Origin: Jimgerdemannia flammicorona
Lineage: Eukaryota
Reading direction: 5' to 3'
NCBI GenBank assembly: GCA_003990765.1
Contig: RBNJ01000033.1
Location: forward strand, 1-49,121
DNA length: 49,121 bases
The notes beneath the pieces are model-generated. The model worked only from the letters and a program-made list of their open reading frames with translations, had not been told where the DNA came from and ran no database searches. Made by a program: the position numbers and the translations under genes. Positions 26,729 through 37,123 of this stretch are shown here, one piece after another. Position 1 is the first letter of the stretch, and each line of letters opens with the position of its first letter.

Positions 26729-27340
26729 ATGTGGCAGGAGTACAAAATAGGAAACCTCCTCTGTCAGGAGTTCCCACAAGCCAGCACCCAAGAGCTACAA
26801 GATACCACTCCCATAGATATACACAAAACAAGGACAGCTAAGAAGATCCATCAGATTTTCAGGCATACACCATGGTCAATCTCCAACTTGGAGTATGTTA
26901 GAGTCTCAGACTTCAGAGACCTATCATCCCGCTGTATCAATGCACTAAAAGCCAGGGTGGCTACAGAAGCCTGGTCCACTATCACCCTCAACAGTGAAGA
27001 AGTAGAAGACTTCTGGCACCCTATCCTTCAGGACAACCCAGACCAATTCCTGCAAGGATTGATCTCAGTATTCCAAGGCTCAAGCATCCAGGTTAGACCT
27101 CTCCAAGACCCCACATTTGTTCCCTATTTTGTAGAAGAGAACCTCATAGACTGGAGAGCTTCAGACCTTGTCCCCAATTTTCCTGCCACAGCCAAATGTG
27201 ATGACATCATCAATGACATCATCCTGCATGACATACCCGAAGTACACAAAACATGTGACCTACATGATGAATTCGCAGATCTCATCTCCTTCAGTGATAA
27301 TGATGATGAAGCCCACATGATCCTGAACTTTCTACTCTAA
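26729..27340 (+). CDS. Hypothetical 203-aa ORF, probably a transposon-associated remnant (the frame continues upstream past a stop)
   Basis: Open frame with protein-like composition in CpG-depleted DNA. No recognised motif. Confidence 0.3.
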   Translation: MWQEYKIGNLLCQEFPQASTQELQDTTPIDIHKTRTAKKIHQIFRHTPWSISNLEYVRVSDFRDLSSRCINALKARVATEAWSTITLNSEEVEDFWHPILQDNPDQFLQGLISVFQGSSIQVRPLQDPTFVPYFVEENLIDWRASDLVPNFPATAKCDDIINDIILHDIPEVHKTCDLHDEFADLISFSDNDDEAHMILNFLL

Positions 27341-27988
27341 GTTCTTTGTTACACTGGATAATGCCAGCACCGGTATTCTGAGGTGACACGAAATTGTTCC
27401 AGCACCGGCATTTTGATGTGACACTAAATAATGCCAGCATCCTGAACCTATACAACCATCAGTACCAACTCTGGAACTTAGTAGTTTTAGTTATTGAAAT
27501 TTATATTTAGCTTTATATCTTAGCAACCATTGAATTGTATTTTGTATAAATACCCCTCTTATTTTCTCTGAAATAAAGTCAGTTTCGGTTTCACTTATAC
27601 ACACTTCCTTATAAGCAATCTAAGAGATAACAAGACAGTAGTGCTCTGAACAAATGGAGTTGATCTGGATGAGATTCGATTCAGATTTGTCATGTAATGG
27701 ATTCGAATCAACTCAGATTGATCTCATGATCTGATCCAGATTGATCCATCTAGATTGACCCATCTGGATTGACCCATCCAGATTGAAATCTTTGGTGACA
27801 TCACCCTTTCTTTTGTTTATTTCGCTCTTGTTTTTTTTTTTCTGCCGCACTTTGGTGACATCACACTTTCCTTATTTCCTCTCTTTTCTTTGTTCTTTTT
27901 CTTTGTTCTTTCCTGCCGCATCACGAGCAAACAAAACAGCAGCCCTTAATTTGTACATTGGTCCAGTCTACTCATTTTTCACCCTGCA

Positions 27989-30030
27989 ATGATCATCAAA
28001 AGAGGGAGTATTTGAGGTGGAAACACACTCTCTGCTGACAATGTTAGATTCTTTCTCATATGGACAGCATACAAGCTGCTCATCGAGAGCCAAAGGGGCG
28101 ATGGCGGTGGCGGTGGTGATGGCAATGGCGGGGATGAGGGAGAATTCTGGCAACAACTCACAGTGGCCCTTCGGACCTTGGAATTCACAGACCTCACAGC
28201 TATGTACACAGCAGCCTTTTTGGAGCAGCCGATAGTAGATGTAGGTTGCTCACTCGGCTGCCACTTATTTACTTGTGTTTATTTAAACTTCTCCAGTATG
28301 ACCCAATTTACCTTGTGCTTTTCTTAGGGTCCACAGCTCTACGGCGAGATCTGCCAACTTTATTCACAATATCTGGTCAAGATGAAGAAAGGCTGGTGGA
28401 CGTTGCGGAGCATGCCTTTGGTGGCTGAGCTGTTGAGTCAATACATCGCATAGTGGAGGTCTCAAAAGGAACAGAAGCAAGCCTTCATGAGCAATTCTTG
28501 TGCAACTCGTGCAACTCATCGGCATGCAACTCGTCGGCATGCAGCTCACTCACTCACGCTCTTTTTCTGAAATACCCACCTCCGTGTTTTATTTAATTTC
28601 ATTTTTATGTAGTCTCCCCCTAAAAAACACCCACACCTATACACAACCTGCACGCAACCCATCCACATGCAACCCACCTGCATGCAACCCGCCTGCAATC
28701 TGCCCGCATGCAACCTGCCCACATGCGACCCATCTGCATACTTATCTTGGTCCCTCAGATCAGGGCTCAGTTCTATTGGAAAGGAGATTTCAAAGTTACC
28801 CGAGTTCAACCACATCTGGCGTCTGATCAAATAGAGAAATTCGAGGGCAAGATGTTCAGCATGAGCAGTACCAGCATCGTCATCAAGGCTTGGGGGTCTA
28901 CATTCGAATCAGAGCTAATCATACTTGACCAAGGGGTCTATTGGCCAGCAGGAGTTACCAACAACGAAGAGAACCATATCTTTATTAACGAATGTGGAGA
29001 GGTGGTTGCGATGGTGGTAAGGAACCTCTACGGTGACGAGCTTTGCCACCACATCAACAAGATTTATGAGGATTGCATCAAATACCAAGTGGCAGGAAAG
29101 AGGAGGCGAAAAAAGCAAGAAGGGGGGGTTTGGATGGAAATTGGGTATACTGCAACACTGGCGAAAGGTGGGTTCTGGAGTTCCGAAATCCCCCACACTC
29201 ATCTCCCTTTTTTTTTTTTAACCCCTCCCCAGATAAATCACACTCTTCGCTGACACACTCTTTTTTGATACAAATTCAGAGATGCACAGGATTCTGTACC
29301 CCTACCGGAACTTTAGAAGTACCATCGAAGAGCAAACTGCGCATGAGCATGACACGGCCTGTGCGGCGATGACAGCTATGATCTGGGGTTCTTTGAGCAG
29401 ATTGGTAGAACATATGACAGGCCAGCTTAGTGGTGATCTTGGTGCGGCTGTACATACGTTCTTGGCACAATTTAGCATGCCATATGAGGTGAGGAGCTCC
29501 GCTTTTTTAGGATGCTGCAGCCCAGGGGGTTTCTGCAGCCCGGGGGGTTTCTGTGGCCTGGGGGGTTTCTGCCCCCCCGAACACAAAAAGAACTGACCAG
29601 TTGCCATCCGTTTTGGCAGGTTTCTAAGCTGGGGCTCTTGGGGCTGGACCAAGGACAGGCATCCACTAGTACAGCCTGGCAGTATGAGGTCTTGGGCCAA
29701 GGGTTCACCCAACCATATGCCTGCGTCACATCAGGATATGTTGGGCACAACCTTTCTCTGCCCACACACACAGACAATAATGTCACCCCGGTAATGTTTT
29801 ACATCCCAGAAAAGAAGGGCCCAACCTGGGAGGATAGCGGCAGAGTCTGGTATGACCTCACCTATGGTTTCAGAGTCCCGTTTGCAGCCAACATGGCCAT
29901 CCTATTCCAACCACATGACCACCACGGTACCGTCACCTTCGAGGAGAGCTCAGACACAACAGTCATCGCACTCACAATGGATGATAGGCTCATCAAGGCC
30001 TGGGACTGGCGGGTGGAGCAGTTTTTGTGA
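27989..30030 (+). pseudogene. Spliced cargo gene encoding a TET/JBP-like Fe(II) dioxygenase (double-stranded beta-helix fold); the 5' exons carry premature stops
   Basis: Exons 28759-29167, 29280-29488 and 29620-30030 join in frame through phase-compatible GT-AG introns. Motifs GEVVAMVVRN, MEIGY, GHNLSLPTHTD (HxD at 29767-29775), YGFRVPFAANMAILFQPHDHHGT (His at 29923). Putative upstream exons (27989-28240, 28328-~28475) contain one TGA and one TAG, and their junction to 28759 is unresolved. Confidence 0.65.
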
Positions 30031-30240
30031 GGGTTAGGCAATCTTTCGTGAGGGATAGGCAGCCATTTTGTGCAGGTTGGGCAGTCTTATATGGGGGGGT
30101 TGGGCCGGGCGCCTCTTATGTAGCACTAGCTTAGCCGTTATGCAGGGCCCTATCAGCCTCTTGGCCCTGCTCTGTAGTGCCACCGGTGCAGTGCTGCGGC
30201 GTAGGGCTGGGGTGCCCATGGGACTCAAACCGGCGACTTT

Positions 30241-30340
30241 GACCACCAGAAATGCCCTCCGACCGCCAGAAGCACCCTCTGACCGCCAGAAGCACCCTCT
30301 GACCACCAGAAGCACCCTCCGACTGCCAGAAGTACCCTCC
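30241..30340. repeat. Five tandem 20-bp units, consensus GACC(A/G)CCAGAAGCACCCTC(C/T)
   Basis: Directly visible with exact 20-bp periodicity. Confidence 0.92.
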
Positions 30341-30351
30341 ACCCTAGACTC

Positions 30352-30815
30352 CTTGGCAGCTTGGGGCTACCCCTATGCCGCTGGTGGAGGGCCACAAATT
30401 TTGCGTGCTCCCTATGCCTGCCCCACCTGTCCCAGACACTTGCGGCTTGGGGCTGCCCCTTGCTGCCAGCGGAGGGCTGCAAATTTTTGCGCACTCCCTC
30501 TGCCGACCCCGCGCCCACCAACCGACCCCGCCCACTGACCCGGGTGCTGACAGCTTGGGGCTACCCCTCACTGCTGGCGGAGGGCCGCAAATTTTACGTG
30601 CTCCCTCCACCTACCCCCCCTGACCTGGACACTTGCGGCTTGGGGCTGCCCCTTGCTGCCAGCAGAGGGCCACAAATTTTGCGCGCTCTCTCTGCTGACC
30701 CGACCACCAACCCGCCCACCAACCCGCCCACCAACCCGGGCACTGGCAGCTTGGGGCTGCCCCTTGCTACTGACTGAGGGCCGCAAATATTGCGTGCTCC
30801 CTCCGCTGCTACCGC
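30352..30815. repeat. Five copies of a ~60-bp GC-rich core (GCTTGGGGCT(A/G)CCCC..GAGGGCC(A/G)CAAATTTTGCGTGCTCCCT) at alternating ~87/109-bp spacing
   Basis: Cores at about 30356, 30442, 30551, 30635 and 30746. Confidence 0.9.
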
Positions 30816-30943
30816 CAACCCCACCCCACTTTGGCCGCAAACTCTGGGCCAAGTCCTCAGGTTTTTTCTTCCTTTTTTATTATTTTGAAAAGGTATTAAA
30901 TATTCCACAAGGCCAACCAACTTATCCATGGACCTGCCAAATT

Positions 30944-32074
30944 TTAGCAGCCTGAGCCCCACCAAGACTTCAGACACATACATACCCAGATTGTCTCAGC
31001 ATTCAGTGTATACCTCTTTGGGGCAACGAGATCCACCCCACCTGAGAACACCTGCTCGACAGGAGCACTGGAGGCAGGAATCGCCAGGTAGTCCCGAGCC
31101 ATACCACACAGGCTGGGGAAGTCCATTTGACGCAGCTGCATACCCTGATAGGTAGAGCAGTGGTTAGATTGATGGGTTAGATTGGTGGGTTAAATTGGCC
31201 CAACGCCTGCCTAACAACCCACCTGAGTTAGATTGGTGGGTTAAATTGGCCCAACACCCACCTGACAACCTACCTTCCACCAGTTGAGCACCTCCGTGCC
31301 CTCCAGCAGGACCATGTGGTCGCTGGCAAGGTAAATGGTAAGTTCGTCTATTGATGGTAGCTCTTCCACTGATGGCTCTCTCTTCCTCTTTCTGCCAAAG
31401 TAAATGTGAGACAGGAGGGATCCCTCGGCATATTCATCTGGACTTCGGCCGGAACCTTGCAGTGGTACATAGTTTTTCCAGTACACTTCAATTACGGCCT
31501 GCTTGGTTCTCTCAATGAAGTGCTGCTCCCAGCCCTGATCTTTATGGTATTGTAGCTTTAAGCATAGGTCCAGCACTGTTTGAAGAAAAGGAGAGTGAGT
31601 TTTTGTGGGGTTTCCTCTGCTTTGGAAGGGGCAACAGCCACATGCCGACATTGACATACCTGTACTGATTGAGTATATGGCAGTATCTGTTTGGGAGTAG
31701 TATTTTTTAAGCTTGCTTAGAGCAACCTCCATGGTGTCTCTCTGATCCGAGCTTAACCATAAATCACCGCAACCCTCCAGCCTGTCCTCGAGCTTGTCCT
31801 CTAGCCGGTCAATCAGAAGGTTGTATACCGGTATCACAGAGCTTATTGTCGGGGTCATTTGTTTGACTATATCCTTCATACAATCGTCGAAACACTGGCA
31901 GTTATATGTGGTGAGGTGTTGCATTGTGTGGAGGTAGATAAAATGAGTGTGGAGTCAGGGCAACCACCACTTACTTCCAAAACTCTAACAACATTCCTAA
32001 GTACATCCCACTCACTTTCACCTAGAGCCTCGGCCTGTATTTCCTTGTCGGCAGCCATTGTTGAATCTATTGGC

Positions 32075-32105
<31 letters not shown>

Positions 32106-33642
32106 AATCTTCCATCATCTGAAACAGTTGCTTCAGCCGACCGAAGAAAAAAAGGATGCATACCACAGCAAACTCCAGCACATGCTGGATCATTGCAAAT
32201 GTTGAGTTCCAACGCATACAGACATCTAATATAAGCTCTTTTGGGACTAAACTGATTGCCCTATACTGCGCAGCGAATTTGTCTTGTCATTGTGGGGACG
32301 ATCAGACCGACACAACTAGTTTGCGCAGCTTGGAAATTATACTCAGAGCCCCTCCTCTCTCGGATGTTTTGTCTATGTGCATCAGATAGTTCTGAACAGC
32401 GAGATTCAGTATGTGGGCCTGGCATCGTACATGGCAGCTTTCTGCACTGAAGGCCATATTTTCCTGTTTGAGGCTGGTTGCTAAACCTTGGAAAAATGTT
32501 GAGTTGTTTGTGGCATTGTCCGTCATAATGGCCAAAATCTGTACTTGAAATATTTGGTTGACAATTTTATGTGAAAATAAGTAACCAATAAAATCTGGTT
32601 TGGTTTGGTTTAGGACCTCCCTCAAAATGCCGACCTGATGGCAAGCCCCCCTTTTTTACCTTGGTGGTGATCCCAAGCTCCCGGATACAACTAATAAAAG
32701 CATCTGCGATGTTGTCTCCAGAATGAGGGCCAGCAAGTTTGACGAAGTCAAGGGTGAGAGATTTAAGCTGCCAATTGAGGTCAATCCAATGACTGGTAAT
32801 GCCCAGAAACGAAATTGTATTGAGGAATGTCTATGTGTCGATCATAAACGAAATTTTGCCTGCCGAATTCTGCTTATTGAATGTGAGGTTAAATTGGTGA
32901 GCTCTTTTATATAATTCAGCTTGCAAAGGTCATGGTGCTGCCCTTATTTTACCTGAAGTGTCTGGCAGAGATTGTCATACTCCTTCCTATAGACCTCCAG
33001 AATATCTTTGTGAATAGTATCGGCACTTGGCAAATATAAATCATGCTTGAGGAGGCCAAAGATGCTATACAATTGATCACTCTCGATGGTTGTGAATGGC
33101 TGGTCTGTGCACACAATCCAGTGAATGAGCCGATTTCGAAATTCTACCAAAGAGTATGGCTAATATTTTTGATTAAATAGCATTGTTGGTACAGAAATGG
33201 TCGGGCAATCGGATAAATGTACCCACCACAGCTTGGATGTCAATTTTATTTGTCTCTGTGTTCTTTTTGATTTTGTCAGAGTGCTTGTCTTTTATGTGTC
33301 GATTCATGTTCGAAGTCGTACCCCCAAGTATTTTGAACTTCTGGCTGGTGCGGTGCAGTTCATGGGGGTGGATGAAATAATATCATGTGTGTGTCAAAGC
33401 AAAGTGTCAATAGGTGCATCTTAATTTTTTACCTGCAATAATTACAAACAACGTCATCTCCTATCTTAGCACAATATTGCCAGATTTCAGAGCAAGGATT
33501 GCGTGGAAGGTGTGGAGCTATCAGGGATGTTTGACTTGAAGCATCATTGGTACTGTGAACTGTTGAAGACTGATCTGTCGACATGTGTGTTTGCGTGTTT
33601 GCATGTGCATGTGTATGTATGTGTGTGTTGTGTTGTGGACAT
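30944..33642 (-). pseudogene. hAT (Ac-like) transposase with BED finger, intron-containing, inactivated by stops
   Basis: BED finger WQY..VCNYC..GTTSNMNRHIKDKH, WIVCTDQPFTTIE, SFMIDT*T (DxWT with TGG>TAG), HSGDNIA, TDNATNN, RCQAHILNLAVQ, RWNSTFAMI, and the C-terminal WWK..FPSLCGMARDYLAIPASSAPVEQVFS dimerisation domain. Start is approximate. Confidence 0.93.
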
Positions 33643-33659
33643 GTCTGGCATATGAGTCA

Positions 33660-34095
33660 TATGGAGGATTTGGATTGAAGGATTTGGTTGAAGGATTCAG
33701 ATGAGGATTCAGATTGAAGGATTCGAATTGGAGGATTCGAATTGGAGGATTCGAATTGAGTGATTTGGATTGAGTGATTCAGATTGAGTGATTCAGATTG
33801 AGTGATTCGGATTGAGTGATTCGGATTGAGTGATTCGAATTGAGTGATTCGGATTGGGGTGGTTCGGATGGGTGATTTGGATGGGTGATTTGGATGGGGC
33901 GATTCAGATGGGGCGATTCGGATTGAGTGATTTGGATTGAGTGATTCAGATTGGGGTGGTTCGGATGGGTGATTTGGATGGGGCAATTCGGATGGGGCAA
34001 TTTGGATTAAATCCGAGTTGATTCAGATGGCTTCGGATTTGAGATTCGGATCAAACCGTCATGTGACAAATCAAATCTGGATTTGATTCGAATTG
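33660..34095. repeat. Subterminal array of 13-14-bp GGATTGAGTGATTC-type units of the hAT element
   Basis: Roughly 30 related units visible. A shorter related array lies at 27660-27786. Confidence 0.9.
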
Positions 34096-34299
34096 ACTCG
34101 TTCGGAGCACTACAAGACAGTTAAAGATAAGAAGTTTGAGGACCATAAGACCTTGGAAAGGCACTCCAATAAGAACTTGCTTATAACAACTTGAGTTAGT
34201 CTAAGAGATATACCTTGAAGAGAATCTGGCATATTTGAAGGACTCAGCGACCACTATGTGACATTATATAAGTTGGCACAGTAAAGCAGTCTTGGTTGC

Positions 34300-36480
34300 T
34301 TAGTGTACTAGATATAGTATATGGCTAATTTATGATTTTGGTGGTCCAATTCTGCTGCTCATTACATACTATTATAACAAGCAATGTAATTTCTGAAATA
34401 TTTCTAATCTTCTCAAATGCATTAATTGACTTTGAATTCTTTCTCTTCAATTTCTCAATCTCAATCCTAAGTATATTTATGTTATTCTCTGCAGACTTGT
34501 TTAATATCTGGAATAATTCAAATAAAATATTCCAGTTCTATGGTGCTTGACTTGTACATGGTTTCTTCCTATGGTAGTACTATAGAGATAAAAGTGATGT
34601 ATAATTTTCTGAGATATAGTCTTCTGTAACAGTTCTAATTTTTGTTGAGTTCTTCAATTAGAACATCATTCTTTTGATCTCATTTATTTCTTTTACTTTA
34701 CAATCTTTCTATTTGACTTATCAAATTCTTAAGTAATTCAAATATATTAATAGAAGGTAGAACTACTTGATCCTCTACCATACTCATTACTATTTTCCAG
34801 ATACTGCATAGTTGTAATTTATCATTATATTCAGTTATATTATCTATATCAGTTAATTAATATTTCTTAGAGGTTTTGATATCTAAATAAATAAATTAGA
34901 ATTAAATACTATAATAATATATTAACAATTTAGATAAGAAATAAGAATAAATTAATTTTATCATTAATCTTTATCTTTATCCTCAATTGAATCTCCATAT
35001 AACTCAATTGATATAGTAATACTTATTGATCCAGAGTTATCTTCATTGTTTGTACTAGAGTTGGAAAAATATAAGATGAAATATATATAATATTCTAGAT
35101 TAGAAACTATATGTGAATATATCTCTTTGATAGTTCTGATATTGTATATATCACAAATATATTTGGAGATATTGTGATAATATATCCATATTTCAGTATC
35201 TGTGAATTCTACTAAGTATTGATAAATAAGGTATCAATAAGACTCTTACATACTATTGATATTTGGTATATTTTAGCATTTAAAGATGATCTATCCTACT
35301 ACTGTATCAAATATATTATCTCAGATAAGTATATTGAAATAATATTATAATATATAAACATAATGCTCATCTTTTGATAATAAAGTTAGTAGATATGTGG
35401 AGAGTATTAAAAAGATTACCATATTCTCTAAAGTAATAGTATATACTTTTGTATCAATTATAAACCAAATATAAAGTATTTTACAGCTACTTTCAATGAT
35501 ATTTTCAAATACTAAAAGACTACTAGATATAGGTTCATTTATATTAATAGTAGTATTGATGAGTATTCTGGTAGCTAATATCAACTGTTCATTATTTATA
35601 TATCTATATAAAATATAGAATATATTCAATAAATATTAGCTTTCAATTTATTGAATATATCTAACCTATACTTATTAAATAATACTAACCCATTATCACT
35701 ATTTTGATATATGTAAAATATATTATAATATTGGTTTAGAATATGGAAACTTCTATGTTATATATTGCCAGTACTTTTATACTGAATGTGAAAACTATAG
35801 ATCTGATATAATGAAAAAATTAAGATAGAGATTTAATTAATTATAATATATATTAATTAATAGTAATTAGGCAGTAGATTGTCTTGTTAAAAGGATTTTT
35901 GCTATTGAATGAATTCCATCAATAATCAATATTAATAGTAAAATAAATAATATTTAGTCAAATTTGATATACTATTATTATCAAATAAGATTCAGCTGAC
36001 TCTAATTATATTATAAGATCTATTAGCTAATTGAATATTCTGATTATTGAAGCTTTCATGTTATATATTACACTAAACAAACTACTTCAATTTTACATCC
36101 ATCATACAAATAGTTACATGACTGTACACCTAAACATATATCAATATCTGGGATAGAAATGAGTATTATAACCTCTAATTAGTAGTAATCATAAATTTGA
36201 ATATTATAATATTATATATTAGATATCTCTTCATATAGTTACAGAGTTATATTTTGTAAGATATATATGATATCTGACAAAATAATGCTAAATCTGAACA
36301 GTATTTTTTAAATTATATAATAATTTTAGTATATTATAATAAAATTTTTCTCTGGTTTACTGAATTTTAGTTAGCTTGAAATTGCTATCTACTAATGAAA
36401 TCTAATCAGCTCATATATTTAAAATTTCACCATGTATTTTGGACATTATAAATTTCACCATTAAAGTGCATTAACATGGA
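34300..36480. other. Extremely AT-rich, CpG-free decayed repeat relic, unclassified
   Basis: Near absence of CG dinucleotides. Broken minus-strand frames with no recognisable motif. Confidence 0.55.
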
Positions 36481-36519
36481 GTGTCTCAATGTGCTACTGT
36501 TGACATTCCCATTTCCATC

Positions 36520-36586
<67 letters not shown>

Positions 36587-37123
36587 GGTTTTCATTGACT
36601 TGAATTCATACTTTTCGTAATGCAAGAGGATTCCTGGGAAAACTCGAGAAATGGCGCCGAAGACAATCGTTGAAGGAAGCTACAGCGCGTGTTGCCAACG
36701 TCGGTAGAGCTAAATTTATCCACCATATAAACTTTTAAGAGACTGAAATCGTTGTCGATTTCTTCGCAACAAGCAATACTAGTGCACGTAAATTCGTCAT
36801 GAACGGCATGACGTAACCAATATATTTATATAAATGATCATCACGCATTTGAAGAACTATTTAACAAAATTTTTGAAGCCCTACGTTCTATGTTGATTTT
36901 TCTGTGTGCTCAAAAAAGTCGAAAAAGCAGACCTCCGGCAAACATGTTGTTTCGGCAGAGCATTCCCAATTTACCAGTATGGCTTGTCTTTGGATACATA
37001 TTTTGTAAAAAGATACCGTCAGAAAGAAATGAAGCTGTATTCCAACTTGTAATTACATGCCGCATTTTCGGATCAACTGCCTTATCAGGTACCGTACCGT
37101 AAGTTCCTCCAACAGATTTGAAA

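Larger units (their letters stand above)
27639..34112. mobile_element. Complete 6474-bp hAT DNA transposon with transposase and a cargo gene
   Basis: Perfect 8-bp TSD CAAGACAG (27631-27638 and 34113-34120). TIRs TAGTGCTCTGAAC and GTTCGGAGCACTA (13 bp, one mismatch). GATTC-rich subterminal repeats at both ends. Internal hAT transposase. Confidence 0.95.
27347..34263 (+). mobile_element. Putative ~430-bp LTR split by the hAT insertion (27347-27638 plus 34121-34263)
   Basis: Begins TGTTACA, ends TGTGACA, has TATAAAT at ~27545 followed by AATAAA. No matching TSD or PPT found. Confidence 0.35.

Noticed and set aside
30352-30815. CRISPR-like spaced repeats
   Set aside because: Cores are ~60 bp and degenerate, spacers resemble each other, no cas genes, and the context is a eukaryotic transposon.
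33657-34000. ORFs with SESLNPNHSIRIT repeats
   Set aside because: Translation artefacts of the hAT subterminal array.
34300-36480. Possible Helitron, Plavaka or KDZ relic
   Set aside because: Too decayed; no diagnostic motif or termini recovered by eye.
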